Origin: Opitutales bacterium
GTDB taxonomy: Bacteria; Verrucomicrobiota; Verrucomicrobiia; Opitutales; JABSRG01
Direction: 5' to 3'
Length of the DNA: 64,000 bases
Assembly (NCBI GenBank): GCA_049599475.1
Contig: JBMYOQ010000002.1
Location: forward strand, 64,001 to 128,000
Position numbers and translations under genes: made by a program. A model generated the notes under the pieces. The model saw only the letters and a list, made by a program, of their open reading frames with translations. It had not been told where the DNA came from and searched no databases. This document shows positions 1 to 9,744 of the stretch, in pieces (position 1 is the stretch's first letter; each line of letters begins with the position of its first letter).

Positions 1-479
1 CGTCGACACGGGGTCAGGTGCATCGCGAGAAGCTTTTTCACCGCGCAATTCACATTTTTGTCTTCAATAGCCAGGGGCAGGTCTTTCTCCAAAGGCGCTC
101 TCTGGAAAAGGACTCTGCGCCGGGTAAATGGGCGAGTGCTTGTTCGGGCCACGTTGATTCTGGTGAGGACTATGAATCGTCGGCTCGTCGGGAAATGTTA
201 GAAGAGCTTGGAGTCGAGGCTCCTGAACGCCTAGAGCCTTTGTTTAAAGAGCGCGCTCGTCGCGAAACGGGCAACGAGTTTGTCTGGGTCTACCGCACCG
301 AGCACGAGGGACCATTTGTCCTGAATGAAGAGGAAATCATGGACGGCCAATGGATCGATGTAGAAGTCTTGGATCGTTGGGTTGCGGAGAAGCCACGAGA
401 CTTTTCATGGTCTTTTGTCTTCCTGTGGGAGCGCTATCGTCGTGAATCGGGTGAAATGCAGTTGAAGGTTTCTGCATAA
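1..479 (+). CDS. NUDIX hydrolase (IPP isomerase type 1/YfcD-like), 5' end probably outside the window
   Basis: HRAIHIFVFN...LQRRS...GHVDSGEDYESSARREMLEELG Nudix box; frame is open from nt 3 to the GTG at 18. Confidence 0.85.
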   Translation, partial: STRGQVHREKLFHRAIHIFVFNSQGQVFLQRRSLEKDSAPGKWASACSGHVDSGEDYESSARREMLEELGVEAPERLEPLFKERARRETGNEFVWVYRTEHEGPFVLNEEEIMDGQWIDVEVLDRWVAEKPRDFSWSFVFLWERYRRESGEMQLKVSA

Positions 480-503
480 ATTTTACGCCGTTAGGTTTTG
501 GGC

Positions 504-1373
504 TTAGCCACCCAAAATATCCAAAATTTGGATTAGGTCTGTTACGACTCTATCTGGCTGAATATCGCCGACGATGCTGTCACCCTCACGCCAACGCAGA
601 GAGCGAGCGTCGCCTGCAAACAAGACAGTCTTGAAGCCGACCTTGTGCGCTGGAGCGACATCGTTTCTCATATCGTTGCCAATATATAGGACTTCCTCTG
701 GGGAAATCCCTGAGCTTGCGAGCGCTTCTGCCGCATTCTCGTATAGGGCAGTAGAGGGCTTGGCTTTCAGGTGAGCGAAGGACCAGTGGCTATGCTCGGG
801 CTGGAATCCCAGGGTTTCTACATCTTTATCGAAAAATGCAGTGAACATGTGAGGCGTGAAGAACTGCGCGTTGGACACAATGCCTAGGCATAGCCCACGT
901 TCCTGAATCTTTTCGAGCAGGGTGAGGGCGTTGGGCATGGGCCATACTGCGTTTACCTGGGCTTCATAGTAAGTTGCTAGGTGCTCGCAGGTCTCAATCT
1001 CTGCCTCAGGAAACCCGTAGCTGCTGATGAGGTCTCTCCAGACAAAGCGTATTTCTACCTCGGGCCAGTCAGTGCCCTGGGCTTTTTCTTTGGCCTGATG
1101 CTCTGCCACGATTTCGCGGAAGCGTTTGCTGATACCATCGCGATTGTCGTGGGGTATACCGAATCCATAGGCGGCTAAGCATCGGGCCATGACCGCATCG
1201 CGATTTTCGTCTTTGACCAGTGAGATATCTCCGACGCTGGATATAATCAGAGTGCCATAGACATCGAAAAACACCGCGCGGATTCCCGGTAGGGGATCGA
1301 TTATTGTTTTGGCGTCCGTGGGTTCCGGAGATAGTGGAGACGCGAGTCCAGTGAAAATTTTGGCGCAAGTCAT
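504..1373 (-). CDS. HAD-superfamily phosphatase (possible glucosyl- or mannosylglucosyl-3-phosphoglycerate phosphatase)
   Basis: FFDVYGTL motif I, IVSN motif II, KP...YIGNDMRND motifs III/IV; start overlaps the stop of the upstream GT gene (ATGA). Confidence 0.85.
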   Translation of the reverse strand: MTCAKIFTGLASPLSPEPTDAKTIIDPLPGIRAVFFDVYGTLIISSVGDISLVKDENRDAVMARCLAAYGFGIPHDNRDGISKRFREIVAEHQAKEKAQGTDWPEVEIRFVWRDLISSYGFPEAEIETCEHLATYYEAQVNAVWPMPNALTLLEKIQERGLCLGIVSNAQFFTPHMFTAFFDKDVETLGFQPEHSHWSFAHLKAKPSTALYENAAEALASSGISPEEVLYIGNDMRNDVAPAHKVGFKTVLFAGDARSLRWREGDSIVGDIQPDRVVTDLIQILDILGG

Positions 1374-2845
1374 GAGGATCGGAGGAGATTAAAGCGTGTT
1401 GGAGAGAGGAAACTAGAGAGCACCCCGCGAGGATCTATGTGCCCCAGCACGCGCTCCACGCGAGCGGATGCTAGAGTATTATAGATATCTAAAAGTGTTT
1501 CTGCGTAAGACTGAGGCGTGTAGCTCTTGCGGATAATAGAGTCGTTCGACTCGATCGCGTCGGAGGAGATCTCTCCACCAAAGAATGTATCAGCCAGCTT
1601 TTGAGCCCAGGCAGGGCGTTCAGAGATGACTCGCTCGATGATGGATTCCTGGAATGGTTCACTGAGTACACCAAAATCTATGTGATCGTTTTGGATCCAG
1701 GTTTCGAAGATCTCGTCAATATCCTCTTCACTATAAGCCTCACCATACTGTTCGCGAAGTTCGGCGAAATGTGTGCGGGTTTCTTCCTTCAAGGGGCCCA
1801 GATCTCCTACAAAATCCACTGGAATATCAAGACGAGCGTAAAGGTGATCGAGGTGTAGCGCCTCTTCCTTGAAGTCCTGCGTGATCTCCGGAAGGTCGCG
1901 GCCAATTACGGCTTTGCCGAAGGTCCAGGGTTCCAAGAATCCGAGGCCAAACCCCTCGGCGACCGAAGTTGTGACCATGGTTTCCGCGCGGGCTATGATC
2001 TCATCGAAAGATGCATCGGTGCGGGAGCCGAGTTCGAAAACCACGGGGAGTTCCAAGGCTTTCGCTTTCTCAATCCACGCGTCGAAGGCAGGGCGGAAAT
2101 TCGGATTGGACGGGTCTAGGGTGTTGGCCAGCCAGGTGTCCTCTGGAGCAAGTGCACCCCAGAAGAGAAGCTCTCCCAAGTTTTTGCGGCGTACTGCCCG
2201 CACTGGGTAGAGGAATAGGCGGTCGCGTTCGCAAATTGCCGAGAGATCTGCGGGAGTCTCATCGAAGGTCCCCTGGGGTGCTGGAACTGGATTCGGTAAA
2301 AGATGAATATTTGAAGCAGGAATCCCGGCCTCTCGCATGATGGCGAAGTCGCGCCCATTCAGCAGGGCATAGTGGATGTGTTCGCCAATGGGATAGAGGT
2401 CCTCTGGAGACTCCAAGCCTTCTTGGATATGTGCATAATTCGAGGGTCTGCCGTCCTCAGCAAAATCGTGGATGTGTAGGAGAAGAGGGCGTCCATCGGC
2501 CGCCAGCCGCCGAACCACTCCGGCGAATGCTTTGTTCTTCCCGAGAGAATGGTTGTGGATGTGCCAGACGTCGGGCAGTCCGTCGAAGATCTCACGGGCT
2601 GCTCCGATTATCGAAAAATAAAGAGCCTCAGGATCTATCGTTTGATTCGCCGAGGTGTACCCTAATTCATCGAGACAGCGCGATTGTGAATCATCGTCTG
2701 AATACCCTGGCGGACCGGAGATAAACCCGAACTGAATATCTTCCGACAGCTTCTCAAATCCGGAAAGGGTCGACTGCGCTACGCGGGTGACCCCTCCGGG
2801 TTTGAAGTGATAGTGGACTACGGCAATTTTCAGCCGATCGCTCAT
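1370..2845 (-). CDS. GT-B (GT4-like) glycosyltransferase
   Basis: N-terminal GGVTRV, PVRAVRRKN and TSVAEGFGLGFLE (E-x7-E) signature. Confidence 0.85.
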   Translation of the reverse strand: MSDRLKIAVVHYHFKPGGVTRVAQSTLSGFEKLSEDIQFGFISGPPGYSDDDSQSRCLDELGYTSANQTIDPEALYFSIIGAAREIFDGLPDVWHIHNHSLGKNKAFAGVVRRLAADGRPLLLHIHDFAEDGRPSNYAHIQEGLESPEDLYPIGEHIHYALLNGRDFAIMREAGIPASNIHLLPNPVPAPQGTFDETPADLSAICERDRLFLYPVRAVRRKNLGELLFWGALAPEDTWLANTLDPSNPNFRPAFDAWIEKAKALELPVVFELGSRTDASFDEIIARAETMVTTSVAEGFGLGFLEPWTFGKAVIGRDLPEITQDFKEEALHLDHLYARLDIPVDFVGDLGPLKEETRTHFAELREQYGEAYSEEDIDEIFETWIQNDHIDFGVLSEPFQESIIERVISERPAWAQKLADTFFGGEISSDAIESNDSIIRKSYTPQSYAETLLDIYNTLASARVERVLGHIDPRGVLSSFLSPTRFNLLRSS

Positions 2846-3825
2846 GCCTTAATTCCGAATTCCTTACAGTATTCAGGAACGGTGATCATCGGTGGGCGTT
2901 CGACTTCCACGATCTTCTTTGTCGTGAGTTGATAATTGTTCCCCTCAGCGACGAATGAGCGGTAGACAGTGCTCAGTTCCGGCAAACGGTCGATCATGTC
3001 GAACTTCTCAAGGCGATTTAGGAAGCTCTGGAGGATACCAAAAGACATCTTTCCGAGAGCCGATGTGGATTGATTACGGTGAACCCGTTGGTCCAGATCC
3101 GTCTGCGCAAAAGCGTCGAGTCCGAGCTCAGAATACACGTCGAGAATATGGGATGTTTCCACACCGTATCCGATTGGGAAAGCGATCTTATCGAGAATAT
3201 CGCGGCGTACAGCATATTCACCCGAAAGAGGTTGAATCAGGGCTGTAAGCTCCGGGAAGAACAAGGAAAAGAGGGGACGTACGAGGATTTCGGTAACCCG
3301 TCCACCTCCTGAAGCGCGAACGCCCGGAGAAACGTTTAGCGGCCGGTCATAGAATGCCTTCACGTATTGGACCTCATCGCGATGGATCAGGGGCGCTACG
3401 AGGCCTGTGCAGAAGCGCGGGTGAATGTTCTTAATATCTGCGTCTACGTAGCAGATAATGTCGCCTTTGAGTTGGTAGATGGCCTTCCAGAGATTTTCAC
3501 CCTTACCCGGCTTGTTGCCCACGGATGGTAGAATGTCGGAAGCCAGGTAGGTGTCGGCTCCAAAAGACTTTGCCACCTCGAGCGTGCGGTCTGTTGACCC
3601 CGAGTCGATGACTGCGAGTTCGTCCACCAGTGGGTAACGCTCCATCAATTCTGAACGGAAAATGACGATCTCTTTCCCGATCGTTTTCTCCTCATTCAGT
3701 GTAGGAATACACAGCGAAATCTTGAGGCCCTTCTTCTCTTTTTCTTTGATGAGTTTGAGAAGATCCCAGAACTCGCCGTGATGGAAGGTGTTGTTTTTAA
3801 GCCACTTATCAATTTTCTTACTCAT
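2842..3825 (-). CDS. gpgS: Glucosyl-3-phosphoglycerate synthase (GT81)
   Basis: IPTLNEEKTIG, IDSGSTD, GKGENLW, YVDAD, GGRVTE, QPLSGEYA, GYGVE, RVHRNQ motifs. Confidence 0.92.
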   Translation of the reverse strand: MSKKIDKWLKNNTFHHGEFWDLLKLIKEKEKKGLKISLCIPTLNEEKTIGKEIVIFRSELMERYPLVDELAVIDSGSTDRTLEVAKSFGADTYLASDILPSVGNKPGKGENLWKAIYQLKGDIICYVDADIKNIHPRFCTGLVAPLIHRDEVQYVKAFYDRPLNVSPGVRASGGGRVTEILVRPLFSLFFPELTALIQPLSGEYAVRRDILDKIAFPIGYGVETSHILDVYSELGLDAFAQTDLDQRVHRNQSTSALGKMSFGILQSFLNRLEKFDMIDRLPELSTVYRSFVAEGNNYQLTTKKIVEVERPPMITVPEYCKEFGIKA

Positions 3826-4984
3826 CTAAAAGACCTTTGTCGATTGCTACCACGGTTGCTACGAGCTGTGCGATGCCTTTGAAGATGGGCTCGATTTCAG
3901 CAGATTCGTTAAATTCGTGAGCATTTTCACCATGCGTGATGCCCAGTGTCAGCCCGGGGATGCCTTCATCGATCAGCGCGCTGAGTTCGCCGGTGCTCGC
4001 GCCGATATTTGGCGTGATTTCGAGCTTATCCATGAATGCGTGCACACCCTTGACGAGTGGATGCTGGTAGCCGATCCCACCTACTTTGCGGCGTGCGAGC
4101 TCTATGAGACGTACCTTTACGCGAGTCTCCGCGGAGATTTCGCTGCAGATATCCACGATTTGGTCCCGCAGTTTGGCGGCGAGTCCATCTTCCTCACTGC
4201 GCACCTCAAATTGCAGGTAACCGGTCCTAGGCAATGTGTTGAATGCAGTGCCAGCGCCGACTGATCCGAGAATGAGATTTGTGCGCGGTTCGCTGGGCAA
4301 AGGAATGGAAAGCATCTTGTTGATGACACGATTGAGAATGGTGATCGCGCCGACGTTACCCCATTTGGACCAATCTGTCTGGTCTGGGATTTCGACTTGA
4401 ATCTCGCCGCGAAGCATGCCCACAGAGCTGTAAGACATGCGTCCGAGCTGAGTGCCTTCTACACAGATAGCACCGGAGATAGGAAGCTTGTTACTAGAAA
4501 GAAAATGACGCATGCCGCCGAGATCTCCGCGACCAAGGCTGCGTGTTGTGCCCATCAGGATGACATTATTCTCCAATTGGATATCCATCTTCTCCAGCAG
4601 AGTCGGCAGAGATGCGATAACCGCGAGTCCCAGCGTGTTGTCTGATATGCCGGGCCCTACGATCTTCTCTGGGCCTACAGCCATAGCATGATCGACCGCG
4701 CTGTTGAAAACGGTGTCTGCATGGGCTAGGAGGAGGATATTCGATTTTCCCTCTTTTCCGGGAATAGTGGCGATGCCATTGCCTGCTTCGTCTGTCGCCG
4801 CATTACTGAGACCACACTCAGTAAAGCGATCGTTGAGGAAGCGAATCCGCTCGGTTTCCCCAAAAGTGGGGGCTGGAATTTCTCCTATTAATACTGCGTT
4901 CGCGAGGACCAGCTCCTTCAAGGAGCGTAGTTTTTCCTCATAAGTGGGAATGGCGTCTAGGACGTCTTTTATAATTGGGCTCAT
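3818..4984 (-). CDS. M20/M25/M40 metallohydrolase-like protein with a degenerate active site
   Basis: IPAPTFGE, AHADTVF, GPGISDN, GENAH; the usual EE position reads TTRSLG. Confidence 0.8.
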   Translation of the reverse strand: MSPIIKDVLDAIPTYEEKLRSLKELVLANAVLIGEIPAPTFGETERIRFLNDRFTECGLSNAATDEAGNGIATIPGKEGKSNILLLAHADTVFNSAVDHAMAVGPEKIVGPGISDNTLGLAVIASLPTLLEKMDIQLENNVILMGTTRSLGRGDLGGMRHFLSSNKLPISGAICVEGTQLGRMSYSSVGMLRGEIQVEIPDQTDWSKWGNVGAITILNRVINKMLSIPLPSEPRTNLILGSVGAGTAFNTLPRTGYLQFEVRSEEDGLAAKLRDQIVDICSEISAETRVKVRLIELARRKVGGIGYQHPLVKGVHAFMDKLEITPNIGASTGELSALIDEGIPGLTLGITHGENAHEFNESAEIEPIFKGIAQLVATVVAIDKGLLDE

Positions 4985-5119
4985 AATTGTAGCGGTGACT
5001 ACGCTCCGCTAGTTATACGAAGCTCCGCGGATATGGCTCCAGCAAAATTTGGCCCGATTCGTGTTAAATCCTGAAGGCAGGTCTTGGTGAAATGCTATAA
5101 GTGTTTGGTATTCAGCGCA

Positions 5120-8100
5120 CTATGCGTCTTGTGAAACCTTTAAGCAATCTTCCAGAGCTTTCCGGATCGAATCGATTCTGAAGGGTTTGGTGATGTAGTC
5201 ATCCATTCCCACACCGATCGCATGCTCTGCGTCGCCCTCCATCGCACCGGCGCTGACGCCTACAATTCGGTTGCGAATTGAGCAATCTCCGCACTTTTCC
5301 ATATCGCGGATTGCTATGGTTGCTTCATAGCCACTCATCACGGGCATTTGGCAATCCATGAAAATGATATCATAGTCTGCGCGACTTGGCTCGTTGAGAA
5401 AATCTACCGCTATTTTACCATTTTCGGCGTGATCGACGGTGGGGACCCCCAGTTTCTGGAGCATGCGTTCCAAAAGGGCTTTATTGGTAAAATTATCTTC
5501 TACAATGAGGGCTCGAGAAACTTGCTCGATCGTCTTTGTAGACTTGCGAGGTGTGTTAGGGCTGCCACTCTCGGTTTGAATGGCCGCGCGACACGCCTGG
5601 AGGATTTGGTTCGTTTTTAGGGGCTTCTCCAGGGTGGTATATCCTGTTTTAATCCTCGTGGTTTTACTCGTTGCGCGGTCCTCTATCGCGACAAAAGGTG
5701 TCTTGAACAAGCTGATGAGATCTTCGGATCGAGGTGTGCCCTGTGCGTGAGCGACGAGGAAGTCATAGTGGGCAATAATGAAATCCACTCCCTTCTCTTC
5801 GTTCATTATGGCCTCGGCGGTCTGAAAATCCGCGGCTGAGAGGACTGTGCCCCCTCCCGATTGTATCGCGTTGGCGATTAGGCGATCAGTGAAGGCGGAT
5901 GTTTCGATTATCAGGCCGGTCGACCCATTGAGGGGTCTGCGGCGTTCGAGGTCACTGCTATCGTTTTGCTGAGATGGTTTGAGTGGGAGTATTAGTGAAA
6001 AAACGGACCCTTCTCCGAGTTCACTTTCAATGCGCATCTCACCGTTCATGAGATTGCAGAGACTCTTTGATATAGCCAAACCGAGCCCTGAGCCACCGTA
6101 TTTGCGTGTTGTGGAAATATCGGCCTGAGTGAAGGGCTTAAAAATCTCTTTGAGCTTATCCTCTTCAATTCCGATTCCCGTATCGCGAACCCAGAACTGC
6201 AGCCCTTCTTCTTCACTGTAGTCTATTCCCAGTTCAACATAGCCCTCGTGCGTGAATTTTACGGCGTTTCCTGTGAAATTGATCAGGATTTGGCGAATCC
6301 GGGTGGGGTCGCCAAGCAAGTATTCAGGGCAACTGGGACTCTGAATGACTCCGATCTCAATTCCGGCAGCCCGTGCTTTGGGTGTCATGATATCCAGGAC
6401 CTGCTCCGCAATATCAAGTGGAGCGAATTCACTCTCCTCGAGCTGCATCTGGCCTGCTTCAATCTTCGAATAATCCAGCACGTCGGACACTGTAGAGAGC
6501 AGCGCATCTCCACTATTGAGGACCATTTTGATGAGCGCTTCTTGGCCTTCGTCCAAATTGGTTTCGCGCAGTAGCTCGGTGGATCCGATGATACCGTTCA
6601 GCGGTGTTCGGATTTCATGGCTCATAGCCGCGAGGAATGCGCTCTTCGCGTAGTTTGCCTTTTCCGCAGCCTTCATAGATTCAATGATGGCGCGCTCGGA
6701 GTTCTTGCGTTCGCTGATATCTTGAATCAGCGCCCAGATAAGGGGCTCACCCCCTTCATTCTCTACGAGAAAGCCGGAGAGCTGGACGTCGCATCGAGAG
6801 CCATCCTTCTTGATGTATTCTTTCTCGATGGGGCCGAAGCGTTTCTTCGATTTCAAGATTTCGACCTGGATGCGGTCGGCATCATGATACTCCTCTGGCG
6901 TCAAATCATTGTAGGTAAGATCGCGCAGTTCTGCGGCCGTATAGCCAAACATCGCTTCGCCCGCCGCGTTGATGTCTAAAAATCTTCCACTATCGAGTTC
7001 GTTTTTGGTAATCGCGATGGGTGATGATTCGTATAACTCGCGGAATTTGGCTTCCTCGGCTTTGAGTCGCATATCCGCGAGCTTTTTCTCATGGATGTCT
7101 TGAAAGGCGCCATACATCCGGACGCATTCGCCGTTTTTAAACTCCGAGACACCTTGAGCCCGCACCCACCGCTCATTCCCCTTGGCGGTGATGATTTGGA
7201 GTTCTTCGGTGTAAGAAAAGGGACCTTTCAGGGAGGAGTTCACTAGTTCTTTAATGCGATCTCTACTATAACCCTCTTTGTAGAAATTGATGGCACTCTC
7301 TACTTCGATGTGCGGGTGCTCCTCTTGATCGAGTTCGTGAATTTCGTAGGTAGTGGCCGTCCACATCAGTTCGTTATTGCTCGGTGTGAACTGCCAGCCT
7401 CCGACTTTTGCCGCCCGGCTGGTTTGCTCTAGCAGGAGCTTTAAGCGCTCAAGCTCTCGGTGAGCTTCATGCTCAAGTGTCACGTCGATGTGGATGCCCT
7501 CGACTATCAACGGGTTACCATCCGCAGTCCATTGTGTCACTTTCGCCCGAGATTTTATATAGAGTGTCTTGCCCGATTTATGTCGATAGCGGCAAACATT
7601 GATACAGGGATGTGTCCCTTTACTGACGAGGTGGGTTTCAAAATTTAAAAGAGCAGTTATCGCGTCTTCTTTGAACACGATGCTCTGCCATGCCAAATAA
7701 CCATCGGGCAGTTCATTGGGACCGTAGCCCAACATAGCTCGATAGTTGGTATCGAAGCACTGTGTGTTCTCTTTTACATTCCAACTCCATCGCCCGTAGG
7801 TGTCCGAACGCTCAGCGTTTTCTTCGGCGAGTAATTCTTCGTGAATATCCGAAGTGCTTTGAGCTGTTGCGGGGCTTTCGTAGTTTCCAGAATGCGCATT
7901 CGGTATGATGACGCTGCAAATCATCGCCGCTTTGTTGGGGTCTGAATCTACGTTCTTTATACTGAATCGATGCAGAATCTCGAATGACTGATGCATGCGG
8001 TCATGCACTGTATAGACCAGATTCAGGTTCAATACCTCCAATCGAATCAATTTTGCCAATTGTTCCGATACACGATCCTTATCTTTAGGAATGATGCGGT

Positions 8101-8296
8101 CTATCCAATCCTGCAGGCGTGTGTGGTCTAGAGAGTTGGGCAGGCTCAGGTTGCGTCGCCAGTTGTCGGAAACTTCGATCTTGTCTTCACTCACGGAATA
8201 CCACCATACACCGTCGCCAAATTCTTCGGCGGTGGATTTCCAGACATCAGCACTCGATATTGATTCAAGGGGAACGCTCGCAAAACCGTTTTGCAT
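5120..8296 (-). CDS. PAS/PAC multi-sensor hybrid histidine kinase (HisKA, HATPase, degenerate REC, REC)
   Basis: MSHEIRTPLNG H-box, QILINFTGNAVKFT N-box, DTGIGI, GGSGLGL, terminal IIFMDCQMP receiver; several PAS/PAC repeats; no obvious transmembrane segments. Confidence 0.95.
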   Translation of the reverse strand: MQNGFASVPLESISSADVWKSTAEEFGDGVWWYSVSEDKIEVSDNWRRNLSLPNSLDHTRLQDWIDRIIPKDKDRVSEQLAKLIRLEVLNLNLVYTVHDRMHQSFEILHRFSIKNVDSDPNKAAMICSVIIPNAHSGNYESPATAQSTSDIHEELLAEENAERSDTYGRWSWNVKENTQCFDTNYRAMLGYGPNELPDGYLAWQSIVFKEDAITALLNFETHLVSKGTHPCINVCRYRHKSGKTLYIKSRAKVTQWTADGNPLIVEGIHIDVTLEHEAHRELERLKLLLEQTSRAAKVGGWQFTPSNNELMWTATTYEIHELDQEEHPHIEVESAINFYKEGYSRDRIKELVNSSLKGPFSYTEELQIITAKGNERWVRAQGVSEFKNGECVRMYGAFQDIHEKKLADMRLKAEEAKFRELYESSPIAITKNELDSGRFLDINAAGEAMFGYTAAELRDLTYNDLTPEEYHDADRIQVEILKSKKRFGPIEKEYIKKDGSRCDVQLSGFLVENEGGEPLIWALIQDISERKNSERAIIESMKAAEKANYAKSAFLAAMSHEIRTPLNGIIGSTELLRETNLDEGQEALIKMVLNSGDALLSTVSDVLDYSKIEAGQMQLEESEFAPLDIAEQVLDIMTPKARAAGIEIGVIQSPSCPEYLLGDPTRIRQILINFTGNAVKFTHEGYVELGIDYSEEEGLQFWVRDTGIGIEEDKLKEIFKPFTQADISTTRKYGGSGLGLAISKSLCNLMNGEMRIESELGEGSVFSLILPLKPSQQNDSSDLERRRPLNGSTGLIIETSAFTDRLIANAIQSGGGTVLSAADFQTAEAIMNEEKGVDFIIAHYDFLVAHAQGTPRSEDLISLFKTPFVAIEDRATSKTTRIKTGYTTLEKPLKTNQILQACRAAIQTESGSPNTPRKSTKTIEQVSRALIVEDNFTNKALLERMLQKLGVPTVDHAENGKIAVDFLNEPSRADYDIIFMDCQMPVMSGYEATIAIRDMEKCGDCSIRNRIVGVSAGAMEGDAEHAIGVGMDDYITKPFRIDSIRKALEDCLKVSQDA

Positions 8297-8389
8297 AGGT
8301 TCCTGTAATTCGGCAAACGAAATGGGTCTTTTATGCTTCGGCCCGGAATTAGCGAATATTTTGCCGATTAATACGGCTGCTAATCGATC

Positions 8390-9274
8390 CTAACGAAACT
8401 CGTCTAAGCAACGCTTCCGGAAATTCGAGGGAGATTGGCCCGTCGTACTCTTAAAAACTCGATTGAACTGCGATAGACTCGAAAACCCCACATCGAATGC
8501 AATGTCTGAAATCGGTAGGTCCGATTCTACAAGCTGCTGTTTCGCGTGCATCACGCGGGCTTCATTCAAATACTGGATGAAGGTGACTCCGGTCGCCTCG
8601 TGGAATTTTCGCGAAAAGTGCTCAGCGCTGAGCGCGACGTGCTCCGCAACTTCAGCTAGACTAAGGGGCCCCATGAGATTCGCATGAATGAAGCGAATCG
8701 CAGCGGCGACCGCTGTAGGCAAGGGAACCACTTCGGACGCATGCTGATTTTGAGTGTCGTCGCTGTCTTCCGCGCGGCGTGCCTTTTCCGCAGCCTCGCG
8801 CTCAAGGAGTGAAATGACGGCTTGATAGCGGTCTTTGCTCAACCGAGGTGTCGAGGAAATGACCGATGATACGGATTCGCCCATGCGTTCGACCCAGGCC
8901 TGCTCGATATTTGGATCGTCCAAAAGGATTTGGCCCGCGAGGTAGAAGCCAATGGTGGCGCGCTCGGATTTTATGGGAATCGCTGTCTCAGTAAGTCCCG
9001 CAGGGCACGTTCGGGTCACGGTTTCGTCCTTCGCCGCAGATAGCAACGCTTGGTGAAAGGCGTCGCAGCGACGGCACCCTTCTGGGGTCGAGCGAATTTC
9101 CTGGCAAATGCCTGGTATCTCTTTGGGCGAGGGCGCGTCTACACAGTGTCCGAGATATGAAAAGACAGACACCGATACTCCGGTTGCTGAGCGGAAAAGC
9201 TTTTCGAAGGTGTCGTTGGAATCAGAGCTGAAGGAATTGAGTCCTATTTGAGTCGATTTGTGAGACGTTGTCAT
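8390..9274 (-). CDS. AraC-family regulator with N-terminal PocR ligand-binding domain
   Basis: ICQEIR...CRRCD...CPAGLTETAIPI...GQ PocR pattern; C-terminal ISDIAFDVGFSSLSQFNRVFK HTH. Confidence 0.9.
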   Translation of the reverse strand: MTTSHKSTQIGLNSFSSDSNDTFEKLFRSATGVSVSVFSYLGHCVDAPSPKEIPGICQEIRSTPEGCRRCDAFHQALLSAAKDETVTRTCPAGLTETAIPIKSERATIGFYLAGQILLDDPNIEQAWVERMGESVSSVISSTPRLSKDRYQAVISLLEREAAEKARRAEDSDDTQNQHASEVVPLPTAVAAAIRFIHANLMGPLSLAEVAEHVALSAEHFSRKFHEATGVTFIQYLNEARVMHAKQQLVESDLPISDIAFDVGFSSLSQFNRVFKSTTGQSPSNFRKRCLDEFR

Positions 9275-9615
9275 CGTCTAGTCAAAATATGCGCAGATAA
9301 AATCAAGAACTGCGGAGTAAGTCAAGGGGGGTGCATGCTATACTCTGACCCATCAACACGAGATGTGGAAGGCCGAGGTCTTCCTGAAAAAAACAGTTCT
9401 TTCTTACATTTTTCATATTTTTTCTCCCGGGTAGCCTCCCTTCTAATTCTGCTGTGCTTAAAGGTGCTCGGGAGAGAAACTTTTCCTAATTTTCAGGTGC
9501 GGAGCGAGGTCCACAATGAGGCCGCGCCTGAATGTATAAAAGGCCTGCTAGTCACAGGTCGTTTGAGCAATGAGTAACGGCCGTTCCTAAAACGGTCGGT
9601 CGAAAAAGTCAGTCA

Positions 9616-9661
9616 TACATAGAAAGGTCGATCAATAGAGCGGGTCGGCCTTTCTTGTGTA
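9616..9661. terminator. Stem-loop downstream of the ADH gene (second terminator-like hairpin)
   Basis: AGAAAGGTCGATC...GGTCGGCCTTTCT imperfect inverted repeat. Confidence 0.45.
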
Positions 9662-9680
9662 CGCATTTCACAGATGAGCA

Positions 9681-9718
9681 AAATAAAGCCGACCGAGAGA
9701 GTCCCGATCGGCTTATTT
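9681..9718 (-). terminator. Probable Rho-independent terminator of the ADH gene
   Basis: AAGCCGACCGAGA...TCCCGATCGGCTT stem flanked by A/T runs, about 27 nt after the stop codon. Confidence 0.6.
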
Positions 9719-9744
9719 GTTAACCGTATCGATTTGCCTGTAGA

